Positions 1 to 12,208 of a stretch of DNA of 64,000 nt are shown piece by piece (positions within the stretch are counted from its first letter, which is position 1; every line of letters starts with the position of its first letter). The translations under genes were made by a program, and so were the position numbers. The DNA is from Paraphysomonas bandaiensis. Taxonomy: Eukaryota > Protista > Chrysophyceae. Where the stretch lies: positions 372,001-436,000 of the forward strand of contig CBFFRP010000426.1 of assembly GCA_965644295.1 (NCBI GenBank), read 5' to 3'. The notes beneath the pieces are model-generated. The model saw nothing but the letters and a program-made list of their open reading frames with translations. It made no database searches and was not told the DNA's origin.

Positions 1-138
1 CCCGAATGCTTGACTTTAGTAGGTAGCCCAATACCCCGGATACCCTTGAGGTGAGTCCATTCCTGGATGCATGTTTACTCAAGGCAAAAGGTTGTCTAAT
101 GTATAAGTGACATATATTTGTGACCCTTGCACCACACA
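1..138 (+). repeat. Dispersed repeat family, copy A (truncated by window start)
   Basis: CCCGAATGCTTGACTTTAGTAGGTAGCCCAATACCCCG aligns with 23236 onward (+) and with the reverse complement of ~1449-1612. Confidence 0.85.
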
Positions 139-417
139 TATATGCATTTATGTGAATAATTTAAACTTTGTAACTCAGACTGGATGCTACAGTTAAACAA
201 AGGGTGACGAGCTTGCCTCTACTACATAGTTGAGTGATACAAAGTCTGAAACACCAACCTTAAACTTTGAAGGAGTTTTGGACCTACGACGAGTATATGT
301 CACAACTCTAAACTTGATGTTGGAGCCAAAGCACTTTCTAAATTCCCCTCATATAATAAGGTTTGGAAAACTAATCTAATAATTAGTATTAAGTGTGCAG
401 TGATGTAATTTACGTAG

Positions 418-738
418 ACTATTGGAGCCATTGAGATTTATGTACATGATGTTGCTCGCTTAGAACCCCGGGTATATCTAAATGATAGTCTAGTAGATTA
501 GAAATTTCGGCGGTTGTGAATCGAAAACATTTCCAGTGGTATACCTTCCAATGCGTACGACCTTAAATTCTCCATGATATATTTATTTCCAAGCTGTTTT
601 TAATAGGAAAACCTAGTATAGGTGGGGAGCAGTCTGATAAAATGTATGAGAGAGTACGCAGGTGGACAACACACAGGAAAATATTTTTGAAGACTTCCTT
701 TCCGATCGACCACTGGAGCGTGATGTGTAATGAGAATC
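418..738 (+). pseudogene. Ulp1/SENP (C48 peptidase) pseudogene fragment, left arm
   Basis: Translates to IEIYVHDVARLEPRVYLNDSLVD*, IYLFPSCF* and YERVRRWTTHRKIF..PIDHWSVMC, matching the LND, RRWT and HWS motifs of SENP6/7-type proteases; contains stops and a frameshift. Confidence 0.75.
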
Positions 739-774
739 GATTTGGAAATTGGGATGATGACTCGGGGCTGCATG

Positions 775-1082
775 GATTCTCATTACACATCACGCTCCAG
801 TGGTCGATCGGAAAGGAAGTCTTCAAAAATATTTTCCTGTGTGTTGTCCACCTGCGTACTCTCTCATACATTTTATCAGACTGCTCCCCACCTATACTAG
901 GTTTTCCTATTAAAAACAGCTTGGAAGGAGAATTTAAGGTCGTACGCATTGGAAGGTATACCACTGGAAATGTTTTCGATTCACAACCGCCGAAATTTCT
1001 AATCTACTAGACTATCATTTAGATATACCCGGGGTTCTAAGCGAGCAACATCATGTACATAAATCTCAATGGCTCCAATAGT
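775..1082 (-). pseudogene. Ulp1/SENP pseudogene fragment, inverted copy (right arm)
   Basis: Reverse complement of 418-738, lacking the 13 nt at 574-586. Confidence 0.75.
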
Positions 1083-1420
1083 CTACGTAAATTACATCAC
1101 TGCACACTTAATACTGATTATTAGATTAGTTTTCCAAACCTTATTATATGAGGAAATTTAGAAAGTGCTTTGGCTCCAACATCAAGTTTAGAGTTGTGAC
1201 ATACTCGTCGTAGGTCCAAAACTCCTTCAAAGTTTATATTGATATACAAAACGCTTAACCTCTGCTAGTTGCTTGTGCAACGGATTGAATGATGTGTGTA
1301 TTGAATGATATGAGGCACACACCCTCAACAAAGTCGGACTCGCACCTTTTCGTGGTGTTCTGGGGGATAACTTATCCGGGAAACTAACGTGAGCCGCATA
1401 TTATATAGTCAGCAGATATA

Positions 1421-1694
1421 TTGTTCTGCCCACTCATAGCCAAATGCTTGTGTGGTACAAGGGACACTAATAAGTGTCACTTGTGTAGACGTCTTTGGGC
1501 CCTGACGAATAAACAGGCATCCGGGAATGGGCCCACCTCAAGGGCATCCGGGACAGGGCCCACCAGAAGGGTAACCGGGGTATTGGGCTGCCTGCTGAAG
1601 TTAAGCATCCGGGATGTTCACCTTAAGAACTCAAAACACCTGAAGTCAGCAGATGTCAGGTATATCAACATTCTGCTTTCTTCGTTTGCTTTGA
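1421..1694 (-). repeat. Dispersed repeat family, copy B, with internal ~27-bp tandem units
   Basis: Its reverse complement aligns along its length with 23155-23420; GGCATCCGGGA..GGGCCCACC units recur at ~1516-1590. Confidence 0.85.
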
Positions 1695-3323
1695 GTGATT
1701 GATGCTGAGTATGAGTTCACATTATTCGGTATCTGTGTGGCCAATGACCGAGGTAATGCGTCAAACTTTCCTCATGGATGCATGGCAATGGCAATGATGT
1801 GATTAGACCTGTCATGTCTTCTCACACGTCTACTGCCTAGTCTTGGTTTCTCCTGACTCAGGTCATTGAGATTATATCAAGGCTCTGGCACTGTTCTCCA
1901 AGCAGTGTCAGGTACATTTGTGGTGCTTTTATGTTATTCTTGCTTAGTAGGTTTTCATCCGAGCGGGGAAGGTGCACGGTTTCCTACTAGTGTAAGTCAC
2001 TCGGGAGAAGAGTGCAAGGTGGATGCATGTGCTGGACGAGTGCACACAATGGAGGGAAGACATTGGAGTCAGCTTGAATTTGTAACAGATTTTGGTAGAT
2101 GTCTGTTTCATGCGTCAGTGTGCAAAATTGCACCAGTGAGACCGCTTCGTGACCGTGGGAGGACCCGGCGCTATAGAGCTACTTTATTCTCCCTTCCAGA
2201 CTACCTGCTGCTGTGAACACCACCTTGAAGAGGGCCCTAAAGATCTGCCGCATATACAGGAGACATATGCCGAAGACACCGACCGCAAGTTGTTTGTGTT
2301 AAGACAAGTAGATTGGGCAGGAGCGTATGATCCGGCTTAAACACGCAACTCGTCGTATGCCCATGTAGCTAACTAAATCGTGTTGTATAGTTGAGCACTT
2401 GTCGGTGCATGCAATAGTAACTAGATGAGAGTCATGTTAAGCATAGTGTCGCGCGAGTTGTTAGGTTGGTCGCGGCAACGCACAAGCTTGCGCTTCTTAA
2501 TAATCAGATTTTCAATTATGAGGCACACACATATCCTGATGAGCTCGATGTGACCTAAACCCTAAAAGAAATTAATGCCACTGTCGTTAACTACCTATAC
2601 ATCATCAGATATGGCACTTAAACTTTCCTGTAATAATCTTGAAGTTGTTTCGAAGATCCGTATATGAAGATAGGTCGCTTGCACTGACATCATTATGATC
2701 TTCTGCAGTAGATGAAGGATGGAAGACGACTTGGAGTGTGATCTGCTTTCGAAAGTTGGCTCATCACTGTGATTTAATTATTATAGTGTACTATAGTGAA
2801 TTCACACACATATGACAGTCAATATCATAAGTAAGATAGAAGTGAGTTTCTGTTGAACCGAGTATTGAAGCTGAATATCTGTATTAGCCCGGCGCTGATA
2901 TGAGCGTTCTGTTGAGCCCAATTCAGGTCATAAAAGAACTAACTTTGAGACAAATTGGGGATAATATAATATTTCAAACTATTTCTAATTTCTAGATATC
3001 TCGCATTTGAGTTAATGTACACAAAACGACTTCATTCAGTTATCATGCATTAACTGCAGTGTAAGTACTTTATGTTTGTTACATACAATGCATGCAGTAT
3101 GACACAATATATCAAGCTATTGTTCTAAATTTGTGTTTTATCAGACTTTCGTTCCACAACAAAATCTTCGATAGCTATGTTGTATGCTGTATAAGTTATC
3201 GAGCTGAAATGCAGTAAAAAGAGAAATTATTAATATTCGCATATTCACTCTCAACGATATCGATGAAAAGAGACTTGAGCTTAAGAAATACTGTAAACTC
3301 AATTACAATATGATGGATAGCTC

Positions 3324-3451
3324 GATTAGGAAAGGAGAGTATTGTGTGGACACGAATAAGTTAAATAGCTCTATTATATTTCTAAATAATTATAATATAG
3401 CTATTTAACTCTTACCGTGATTGTGTCCACACAATACTCCCTTTCCTAATC
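3324..3451. repeat. 128-nt stem-loop (pre-miRNA-like or MITE-like)
   Basis: GATTAGGAAAGG-A-GAGTATTGTGTGGACAC pairs with GTGTCCACACAATACTC-CCTTTCCTAATC; inner AGTTAAATAGCT pairs with AGCTATTTAACT. Confidence 0.9.
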
Positions 3452-3526
3452 ATGGCTAATAAGTATGATGTAGTGGTAGAGTTAAATATTATAAACATAG
3501 TAATATATGTATATATGTATAATATG

Positions 3527-3766
3527 CAGGTCAGATGCGCTTGTCCTTTCCGTGACTGTGGGTCATTTATTGACTTACATGATGACACTACGGAGGACAC
3601 TACAGAATGTGTAGACTGTGAAGCGAAGACAACACATAGCTGTGCAATCCGTCAGATGCTTGATTCCAGAAACACCAGCAAGAAGCAGGCATTAGGTGTC
3701 ACATGTACATCTCATGGGTGTCACTATATATACATATATGATTGTAGTTATCTGTGTATCAGATGA
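3527..3766 (+). pseudogene. Possible IBR/RBR E3 ligase fragment
   Basis: CPFRDCGSFIDL...ECVDC and GCHY resemble IBR and RING2 cysteine spacing; incomplete. Confidence 0.3.
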
Positions 3767-4289
3767 GTCATAAACTGTGAATCAAATGCAAGTACACTCA
3801 AGATCAGCTTACTGCATATACTTATCAATCAATGCTATAACTTCTATATAAAAGTGTCAGCCAAAGTAGACTGAAACACTCTCCAACTACATCAGTGAGA
3901 ACGACAGGATCGTATAGGCATCCTTTGTATATTTTTGTTCCAAGATGCCTCTAATATTGAGACAATAATTATCTGTATTCCAGTCGTAGTTGTATTGCAG
4001 TTATATAGAGTATATTTGCTTCAATTTATTTCCGAAAAATAAGATGCATATTATAACAAGCATACGACAAGTGGAAGTGTTCGTTTAATCTCACGTACAG
4101 TAACTACATACACACTATGATCGTACAACTCTACGACAATTTCCATAAGCTATACAAAAATCCATACTATTAAGATATTCATATAAGAAAATCCTCCATA
4201 TATACAAAAAACCATAGTTTACAATAATAAAAAGCCTAAAAACTGTGTGCCTCTAGATCCCATTGCACTCACTGCACATGACACGGCCG

Positions 4290-5694
4290 CTTGTCACAAT
4301 CATATGCTCAAACATTGATACATATCACTTAAACACACTGGGTTGCCAATAGAACATGCTATTCTGGAAGTGTGAGGTCCAATTTCTACATATTTTAGTG
4401 GGAATTTGCTTGTATGATTGCAATTGTTACCCTGCATTGAAATTCACAGTTATGGAGAGCTCCTGAACTCACTGTGAGGTACATAGATAACAATGTTGTG
4501 ATATAGCAAATATGAGATTGTGAATACTGATTCTGGATTCATTGATAAATGGTCGAGAAATATGCACAGACCATTATAGGAGGATCTGTCCCTATTTGCA
4601 TCGTCCTTGTTGCACTTAATGATCCCATATGCCTTCCAATTTAAGGAATCGTGATCATTCTTAATATTTGAGTGATACGAAATCTTGATACTGAGCTTCA
4701 TCTTTTATTTTGATGGAATTTCAAAGCTCTTTGCTGTATGGACATCCATATGTCCTAACCCCTACAACCACGGGTGTAGTTGTCCTATTTTGCAGTAAAT
4801 TTAACCTCAATGACTATTTACGATACTGTTATAATGGTTTGATTAATAATTGGATGTTTGTAGTGAGTTATTATAACTAATTTACTTCATTTTCTTGTTC
4901 AAGTTATTTTGTCCTTGTTGGTCTGAAGTTGAGATTATATGTAGATAACTTATGTGAGTTTTTTGAGATACTTATGCGAGTTGTGATCGTATAAAAATAG
5001 CAGACAACAGTTATAGCGACTTGTAGAATACGTAACCCCTGTATTATTCATCCTTAGATAGTGTGCCCTCATTATATTTGCAATAAGCATTTGTGATTCC
5101 CAATACCAACGACTTCTACTACCACTACACCGTTACGTATCATTTCTGATAACCTCACTCACAACCTCTCTACATATTATTGTTATCCTGACCGCCTAGT
5201 TGATGTTTGTAATTTAAAACCAACATTCTTGTTCTAACCACTATAGATAATAATAATAAATAAAAGATGAAGCTCAGTATCAAGATTTCGTATCACTCAA
5301 ATATTAAGAATGATCACGATTCCTTGAATTGGAAGGCATATGGGATCATTAAGTGCAACAAGGACGATGCAAATAGGGACAGATCCTCCTATAATGACCT
5401 GTGCATATGTTTTGACCATTTATCAATGAATCCAGAATCAGTATTCACAATCTCATATTTGTTATATAACAACATTGTTTTCAGCAACTGATCTCTGCAA
5501 TGTACCTCACAATGAGTTCACGAGCTCTCTATAACTGTGAATTTCAATGCAGGATAACAATTGCAATCATACAAGCAAATTCCCACTAAAATATGTACTA
5601 GTTGGACCTCACACCTCCAGAATAGCATGTTCTATTGGCAACCCAGTGTGTTTAAGTGATATGTATCAATGTTTGAGCATAAGATTGTGATAAG
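4290..5694. repeat. Inverted repeat, arms ~4290-4710 and ~5258-5694, ~550-bp spacer
   Basis: Mirrored ORFs MKLSIKISYHSNIK... at 4450-4701(-) and 5267-5491(+); the arms are high-identity reverse complements with substitutions and indels. Confidence 0.95.
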
Positions 5695-5849
5695 TGTGTC
5701 ACATCTGTATAAGAGTATATATGGTCGTAGAGATATGTTTATAGAAAATAGGTATACTGTATAAGGATATATATATGTACATATATAATATATAAACCGA
5801 TATACGAAAAGGATAGATACCGTATATATATATATAGGAGTCGATATAT

Positions 5850-5970
5850 ATAAGAGTATAGTTGGAGCACTGCTGGACAGTATATAGGCAAACCTATGTT
5901 GTGAAATGTGAAGTTGAGGCAAGAGAGAAGAGTACCACAATGATGACAAGTGCTCCAACTATACTCTTAT
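5850..5970. repeat. Perfect 22-bp inverted repeat with 77-nt loop
   Basis: ATAAGAGTATAGTTGGAGCACT (5850-5871) and AGTGCTCCAACTATACTCTTAT (5949-5970). Confidence 0.92.
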
Positions 5971-6539
5971 TTCAACTCTATTTCCCAAAAGATAACTTCT
6001 AGTAGAAAAAATATGAAACCATCCCCACAAATGTAACCTGATTATATATATTTAAGAAACAGAAAGTTATCAAAAAGAAAAACTAATATATAGTTTCGTG
6101 TTAGAGCTGTTCTTTCGTTCCAATTACTAAATACATTTTTTTTCCTTTTTTATATCTATGTTTTCTGGTATTTGTTCTTTAATCGTGTTCATAATAGTAA
6201 GAAGAAGTGTTTAATTTCTATGAAAACACTGAATGAACTCCTGTATAGACTTCATTAACACTACTTTCTTGTGCACTACCCTATGAACTACTTTATTAAC
6301 TTCCTTGTGAACTTAGTAGTACCTTATGAACTACCTTATGAACTGCCTCCATTTTACTACTGTAATGATACATTATTCGGCAATAAGTGGGAAGAACATA
6401 ATCTGGTGTCTACGAAAGCGGCTCACCTTAGTTTCGCAGACAAAATTTCGCCGGTACTTGTATCCCCCAGAAAATCATAAAAGGTGCGAGGCCGAGTTTT
6501 GTTGAGGGTTGCCATTACTTTGGTCATTGACCACATATA

Positions 6540-6620
6540 GATGCTGAAATTGATTTATACGCCGACTTTATGAACGTGGTCAACGACATATTTCTAGCCA
6601 AACTCTCACGACACAACATA
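6540..6620 (+). mobile_element. Possible Copia integrase relic
   Basis: EIDLYADFMNVVNDIFLAKLSRH resembles the start of algal Copia integrase cores (LxxDxMFVNxxPFLxxxSR); very short. Confidence 0.25.
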
Positions 6621-7218
6621 TCCACAATAAGACGCCCCCATGACAAGACCCCTACAATGACCTGAATCCACCACACTCTACATCAGGCAAATAATGCTAG
6701 AGGGACCAGAACTCCTAACCGACCTCCAGAATAGACCTTTTTCTCTTTTATAGCAACACACAATTACTAAAAAAGTGTATGTATATATATTACTGAGAGC
6801 ATAGAAATCAATCATGTAATAGCATACCTTGTACAATTATTGCGTATTTTATATCTTATATAATCTTATGATAATTCAGTCAATTGTTATTTCATTGCAT
6901 CTTATTGTATTCTCGTGTATGATACATATATTCTATATGGGATCTCAGTCTATGTAATATACATGTTTATAGGTATACGTGAATTTATGTAACTTAATGC
7001 AATGTACTTTCCGAGTTCTGTTACTTCGGGTGTAAGATGTATCTTGACATGAAACATATATGTAGACTTTACATCAGACGGCCATCTTACTACTGACAAT
7101 AAAATGGTATATCAGATTGACATAAAGTTACTATTTATTATAAGTTATGTATAAATAACCACCATAAAAATTTACAAATTCTATAAATCCATAATCGATA
7201 CTATTCACGGAAATACGG

Positions 7219-10200
7219 CTACAGCTTTCCTATTACTGATCGTCTACTACCATAGTCATCAGCAAGTAATTCATTAATATTTGCTGTTTCCTCCAGCTTT
7301 CGTCCAGATGATGAGGGGCTAGTCTCTTGTGAACTCATATTTCCTTGCATGTACTGGTTAGAACTAGATATTTGTGGCAATGACGGAAGGGACGACGCAT
7401 TAGATGTGTAGCTCGTAGAATCATCGTCAACACTACTGGAATCAGCCTTTACACCTCTAGATTTTCGTTTCGACTGCCTTGACTCCTGTTTCGACTTTAG
7501 GAATTCTCGGTACTGTAAATCAATAGGCCCCATTAATAGAGCACCAGCAGCATCAATCTCCTTATACATAGATATAACTTTGAACATGCGGGTGTCTATA
7601 GGGTGCGTCCCTATAAGGAAAAGCTTCAATAAGTCTTTCCGAAAGTTCCACGCTGGTACGCTCTGACGTTCCCCAATTTCACAATACGTGAATTGCAGTG
7701 TTGCATCCATTTGATCTTGTAAAAGTCGACCTAACGATGCATAGAGGGCAATGATATCGACCTCGGAGCGTGGATGTTGCTTCAATTGATCACCATTCTC
7801 AAGTGACGATAGCTGCAGTAAACTGTGCGTCATAATTCGGTTATCCACATATTTCATAGCAAACTTATAGTCATGACTTGGTTTCAATGGGTTAAGACAA
7901 TTTAAAACCCCAAGTCTACAAAACACTTCTTGAACAGCAGCGCCACTAAGATGCCGAAGTATAACATCAAAATTATAAAGCTCGTCGATCCTGTTAAACA
8001 TAACGATGACAACGCGAGCCTGAGTAGAGTCGTCATCGCTGAAACAGTCCATTATACTTAGCACATCCGAAATTGCAAAATAATATTTCGTGACAGCCAA
8101 TTGAAGCTCCAACAGCCTGACATTCCCTTTGGCTCTTGACAGGCGACGTCTCGTCGTTAGGTCAAGTTTTTTTAGAAGTATATCAAATTCTTTATCAGTT
8201 ATAGTCGGTGGGCCTGGAGTAGCGGGACGACTCGTGGTTACGTAGTCGAATTCCAATATTCCTGCCCAAGGAATGTTTTTAGTGTATTCAACGTCGATTT
8301 CCACTTCTTTTCCATTCAATCGCTCATTTCTGAAATTGTGCCAATTACCCTAAGACACAATGTGAACAGTGCAGTCGCTGAATCATAGAGTTATACCTTC
8401 TGACTAGTATCTCCACGGCGCGACTTTGTTTCGCTATACTTACTCTCAACGGCATTGTGCGCAACCAACTGCATCATAACGAATCGTTGCGTTTTGTTTG
8501 CCAAATCAAGTCGCCAATGACCAGTTGGATTTACCCAATTGAATTTAAACTTTTCTAAAGTCAGCGAATGCTCCACATTAATCCGCTCATCCGCATCGAG
8601 GTTCTCATACATAAAGTCGAATATATTTACAGTGTCAATAATATTACTCCATAGACTATATATGTTAGAAAATATTAATTCCTTGGCTAGGACAATTTCA
8701 TGTCTTACCTCAAGAACAAGTCCACTTTAGAAATACCACCAGGGCCTATCATTCTTCGGTCTTCAAGAATATCTATGAGATCCTGTGCCTGCAGCACAAT
8801 TAATTTCGAGATACATTCAGCCCAACATTTCTACCTGGGAAGTGGTGAAATAAGCATCCATACACATAAGCATCAACCAATTCTTTCGATCATTCTCCGA
8901 GCGGGCATTAATAACGATGGCTAATATTGTATTGAATGCCAGCTCGTCAATAGCCATGCTCTCTGTTGGGATAGATACCTGGTGCGAGAAATGAACTCGA
9001 AGAATGCCAGTATTCGGAATCGCCCAAGGTGACGACCCGGCACGCAGATATGTTTCGCCATTCTTATGCTGCGCCGTCACTGTGTACTCTCTGGTATCCT
9101 TCTCACTCTGTTTATACGACAGACTAGTAAAGGAGCAACTGCTGTTCATATTCACCATATTAATCAGTTCTGACAAAATAGCAACTTGGTACGGCTGGGA
9201 GAGATCTAAATCATATGGTGAGTCTAGTGACGGGTTGGAGTGATTGAACAACCCCATTTCGCTATTAAATGTGCAGTTCTGCATCATTACAAAACACCTG
9301 AGTCCTCTAAGAATCGTTCGAAATATTGAGCGAGCCCCTGCTTCAGTGAGGGGATTGTCGCTAAGATCTAGGCGCTCCATGTTAGGGTGTACACGCAGAA
9401 CCTTAGAAAATATGAAGCATGTCTTCCCCCCAATATTATTCAACGAAAGAAATATTTCACGAAGGGTCTGATTCCCGAGTAAGCAAGCGGCAATATGCTG
9501 TCCACCTTCGTCTCGAAGGGAGTTTGCAGCAAGATTAATGGAAGAGAGTGACTTGTTTACAGAGAGGGCAGAAGCTAGCATTTCCCCAGCCTTGGTATCG
9601 AATGCGTTCCAGGAGAGATCAAACCAATTCAATGAACACCCAGGGTAGGATAAGAACTCCGCGATATACGTCATGGCACTGGACTCGAGCATATTCTGCG
9701 AGAGAGACCAGTCGAGAAGCCAACTGGTCTCGTGCTTCATCAGGGACGCGCAAAGTTTCTTTATATCACTTGTGCCAAGATTTGTCTTGTTTATCTCAAG
9801 ACTACTGAGCTTACTATTTGGGTGAGAGAGTACGTTACAGAGAGATTGCACAGCACCACCCCTCAGGTCATTCATCGACAAGTCCAGATGGCGTAGGGAT
9901 CGATTGGAAGCATTTTCGAGAATCACAGTTATCGATGCCGATGTCAAACGATTGCCACGGAGTCCAAGAGTGTGCAACATATCTAGACTACACAAACTAT
10001 TGTACAAATAAGTAACAGATAACACAAATATAATTATCATACCTTGTACCGAGGCACCGCCCCAATTCGTCACCCAACCCAAAATGAGACACATCTACGG
10101 ATATCAAATTACCCATCCTAGGAATTTTCTTGAGGAGTTGCTCGGGCAGGACACCAGCTCTTATCTCGCGCAACATGAGTATATCCTGAGCATGTCTCTT

Positions 10201-11566
10201 CTTTCCATCGACAGATTGATCTCCGAGTGACGGGCACGATGTATAACCTCTACCATCAATGGAAAATTCCGTCATATCGTCAACCTCTTCCTGGTATTTG
10301 TACCCAGACATAGAAGAGTTAACGGCCCGAACCATTCGACGAAGCTTCGTCGGAGTCTCAACAAGGGGTGAATCGATACCGACCTTTAACTCCGACATGG
10401 AGTTTACAAAAGAGTCAGAGTACTCATCATCACTATCATCCTCGTGCGAGTGGGACACATCAGAGATAAAGGATGACGGTGAGCGTTTGTCACGGTACTT
10501 CATTTGTCGCATTTGTAGACTAGACATAGAACGATATAGCCTCTGCGGTTCACTTTTTACTGGCTCTACTTTTGCCGCCGTAAGTTTCGCAAGTTCGTCA
10601 TTTCTCTTTTGTTGGCTCAGCTCATTTTGAATCTGAAATTAGGATTAGACACTCACCCATCGTGTTAAATATAAGGTATAGACCTGATAATATAGGACAC
10701 CATTGTGGAGACTACTGTCCCCACCGTCCGCGAGATCGTACAATTTATTGCAAAGCTCGGTATGCGCTCTTTCCAAGGGCTTCATGAAGACATATTTGGC
10801 AACTGCGCGCTGCATTCTCATGCGATGGTTTGACATGAGGTTATAGTACTGGACCAATGGTTAAAGGGTTGAAATTATTATTCCAACAACACATGCTTAC
10901 CACATCGTCTGGATTCACTGGTTCTGACTCCTCTGGCTTCTTTAATATTCCAATAGATTTCAGTACGTTTTCTCTTCGATTGTTTAAAGTGTCCATAGCA
11001 ACTGTTCCTACGCTCGTTACACGGTGGGCTTTCTTTTCTTCCTCTTCCTTGGCCTCAGCAAGTACACGCCCATGGTATCGTGTACGCATATGCTCACGCA
11101 AATATCGTTCACCCTTCTCAACCTTACCATATATTGTCTGTAATGCAGGGATATCACTACTTTTTGCTTCTTCCACTTGAAATTTCCACCGTAACTGGTT
11201 TGTGTTAGGACGATCAGAGGCTGCAAGAGCCTCCTGAGAAAAATCCACTCGACGAACAGTAGAAGCCTCTGGTTCCTTCTCTGCAGGCCTTAAAGAAGGA
11301 TATATAAACTCTTCAACAGGTCGATCAAACTCTGCTTTATATGTTACTTTAGTTGGTTGAGATGGTTTAGATTTATGAGTTGGTGTTACTACACCACTAC
11401 ACTGAAAGCGATAAATCTTCTCTGGTTTTAATTTCTTTTCATTCTTATGATTAAATTCTCTTGATGTGGCAACTGGAATTGGTAAAAATGGTTGATTTGA
11501 TGCTGTTTTTGTTTTATTTTTATCACGTGAATTAAAGGAATCACCTCTCTGTATATTATGCTTCAT
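7219..11566 (-). CDS. Large multi-exon RNI-like leucine-rich-repeat protein
   Basis: Consecutive minus-strand ORFs joined by ~50-nt GT-AG introns; LDLSMNDL, FDLSWNAF, INLAANSL and LDLSDNPL repeats; repeated C-terminal [YW]xLDL...G.L.(F) modules. Confidence 0.85.
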
Positions 11567-12208
11567 TGTATGTATGTATGTATATATATATGTATATATA
11601 CGTCTATCAACTGACTGTTTCAATGGTTGATTATCAACTGCTTGGGATAGTCATTACTGACATGTCATTGAATGATTTCAATCCCCCAATTACTTAATAA
11701 TCAAGTAGATTACAGCATTATCACTATATATAGTAGTATAACCTTATCACTCTATCTGTACGCATATATTCATACATTAACTTCTCATACTAAACTCTCT
11801 GTATATATATATATAACTGACATCCATACCGGAAAAGAGTTGCTGTGTGTTAGAAAATGAAGTCGTTAAGTATCAAGATTTCGAATTTCTTGTTTTTTTT
11901 TTCAAGTCCACAACTTCGTACTCTGCTGTACAGTACCATCCCCTCATACAGCAGTATAGTATACGTATAGTAGATGTCGTCGTACACAGAGTGTATGCCG
12001 TATGGTAAAGTGGAGTAGGTTCACTCATAGCTATTCAACTTACTTATATATATAACCAAGTAACACTTATCATAACTACACCCACAGGCTAGTTTCACGC
12101 CTTATTCATGTAAGTACATAACTAATTCTTATTCTTTTTTGTTTTCTATCTTATCATATATACAAACAGAGCTTCTTAACGCTTACTTCAAGCCTTAATT
12201 TTAAAAAG

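Larger units (their letters stand above)
261..1236. repeat. Long near-perfect inverted repeat (arms 261-738 and 775-1236, 36-bp spacer)
   Basis: The arms are reverse complements apart from 13-, 2- and 1-nt indels and a few substitutions; mirrored ORFs appear in the ORF track. Confidence 0.97.

Noticed and set aside
1309-2530. 14-bp direct repeat TATGAGGCACACAC (1309-1322 and 2517-2530) as a possible TSD
   Set aside because: One such match is plausible by chance, and no element termini or poly(A) tail were seen between the copies.
2554-2567. CCTAAACCCTAAA telomere-like motif
   Set aside because: Fewer than two full units; not an array.
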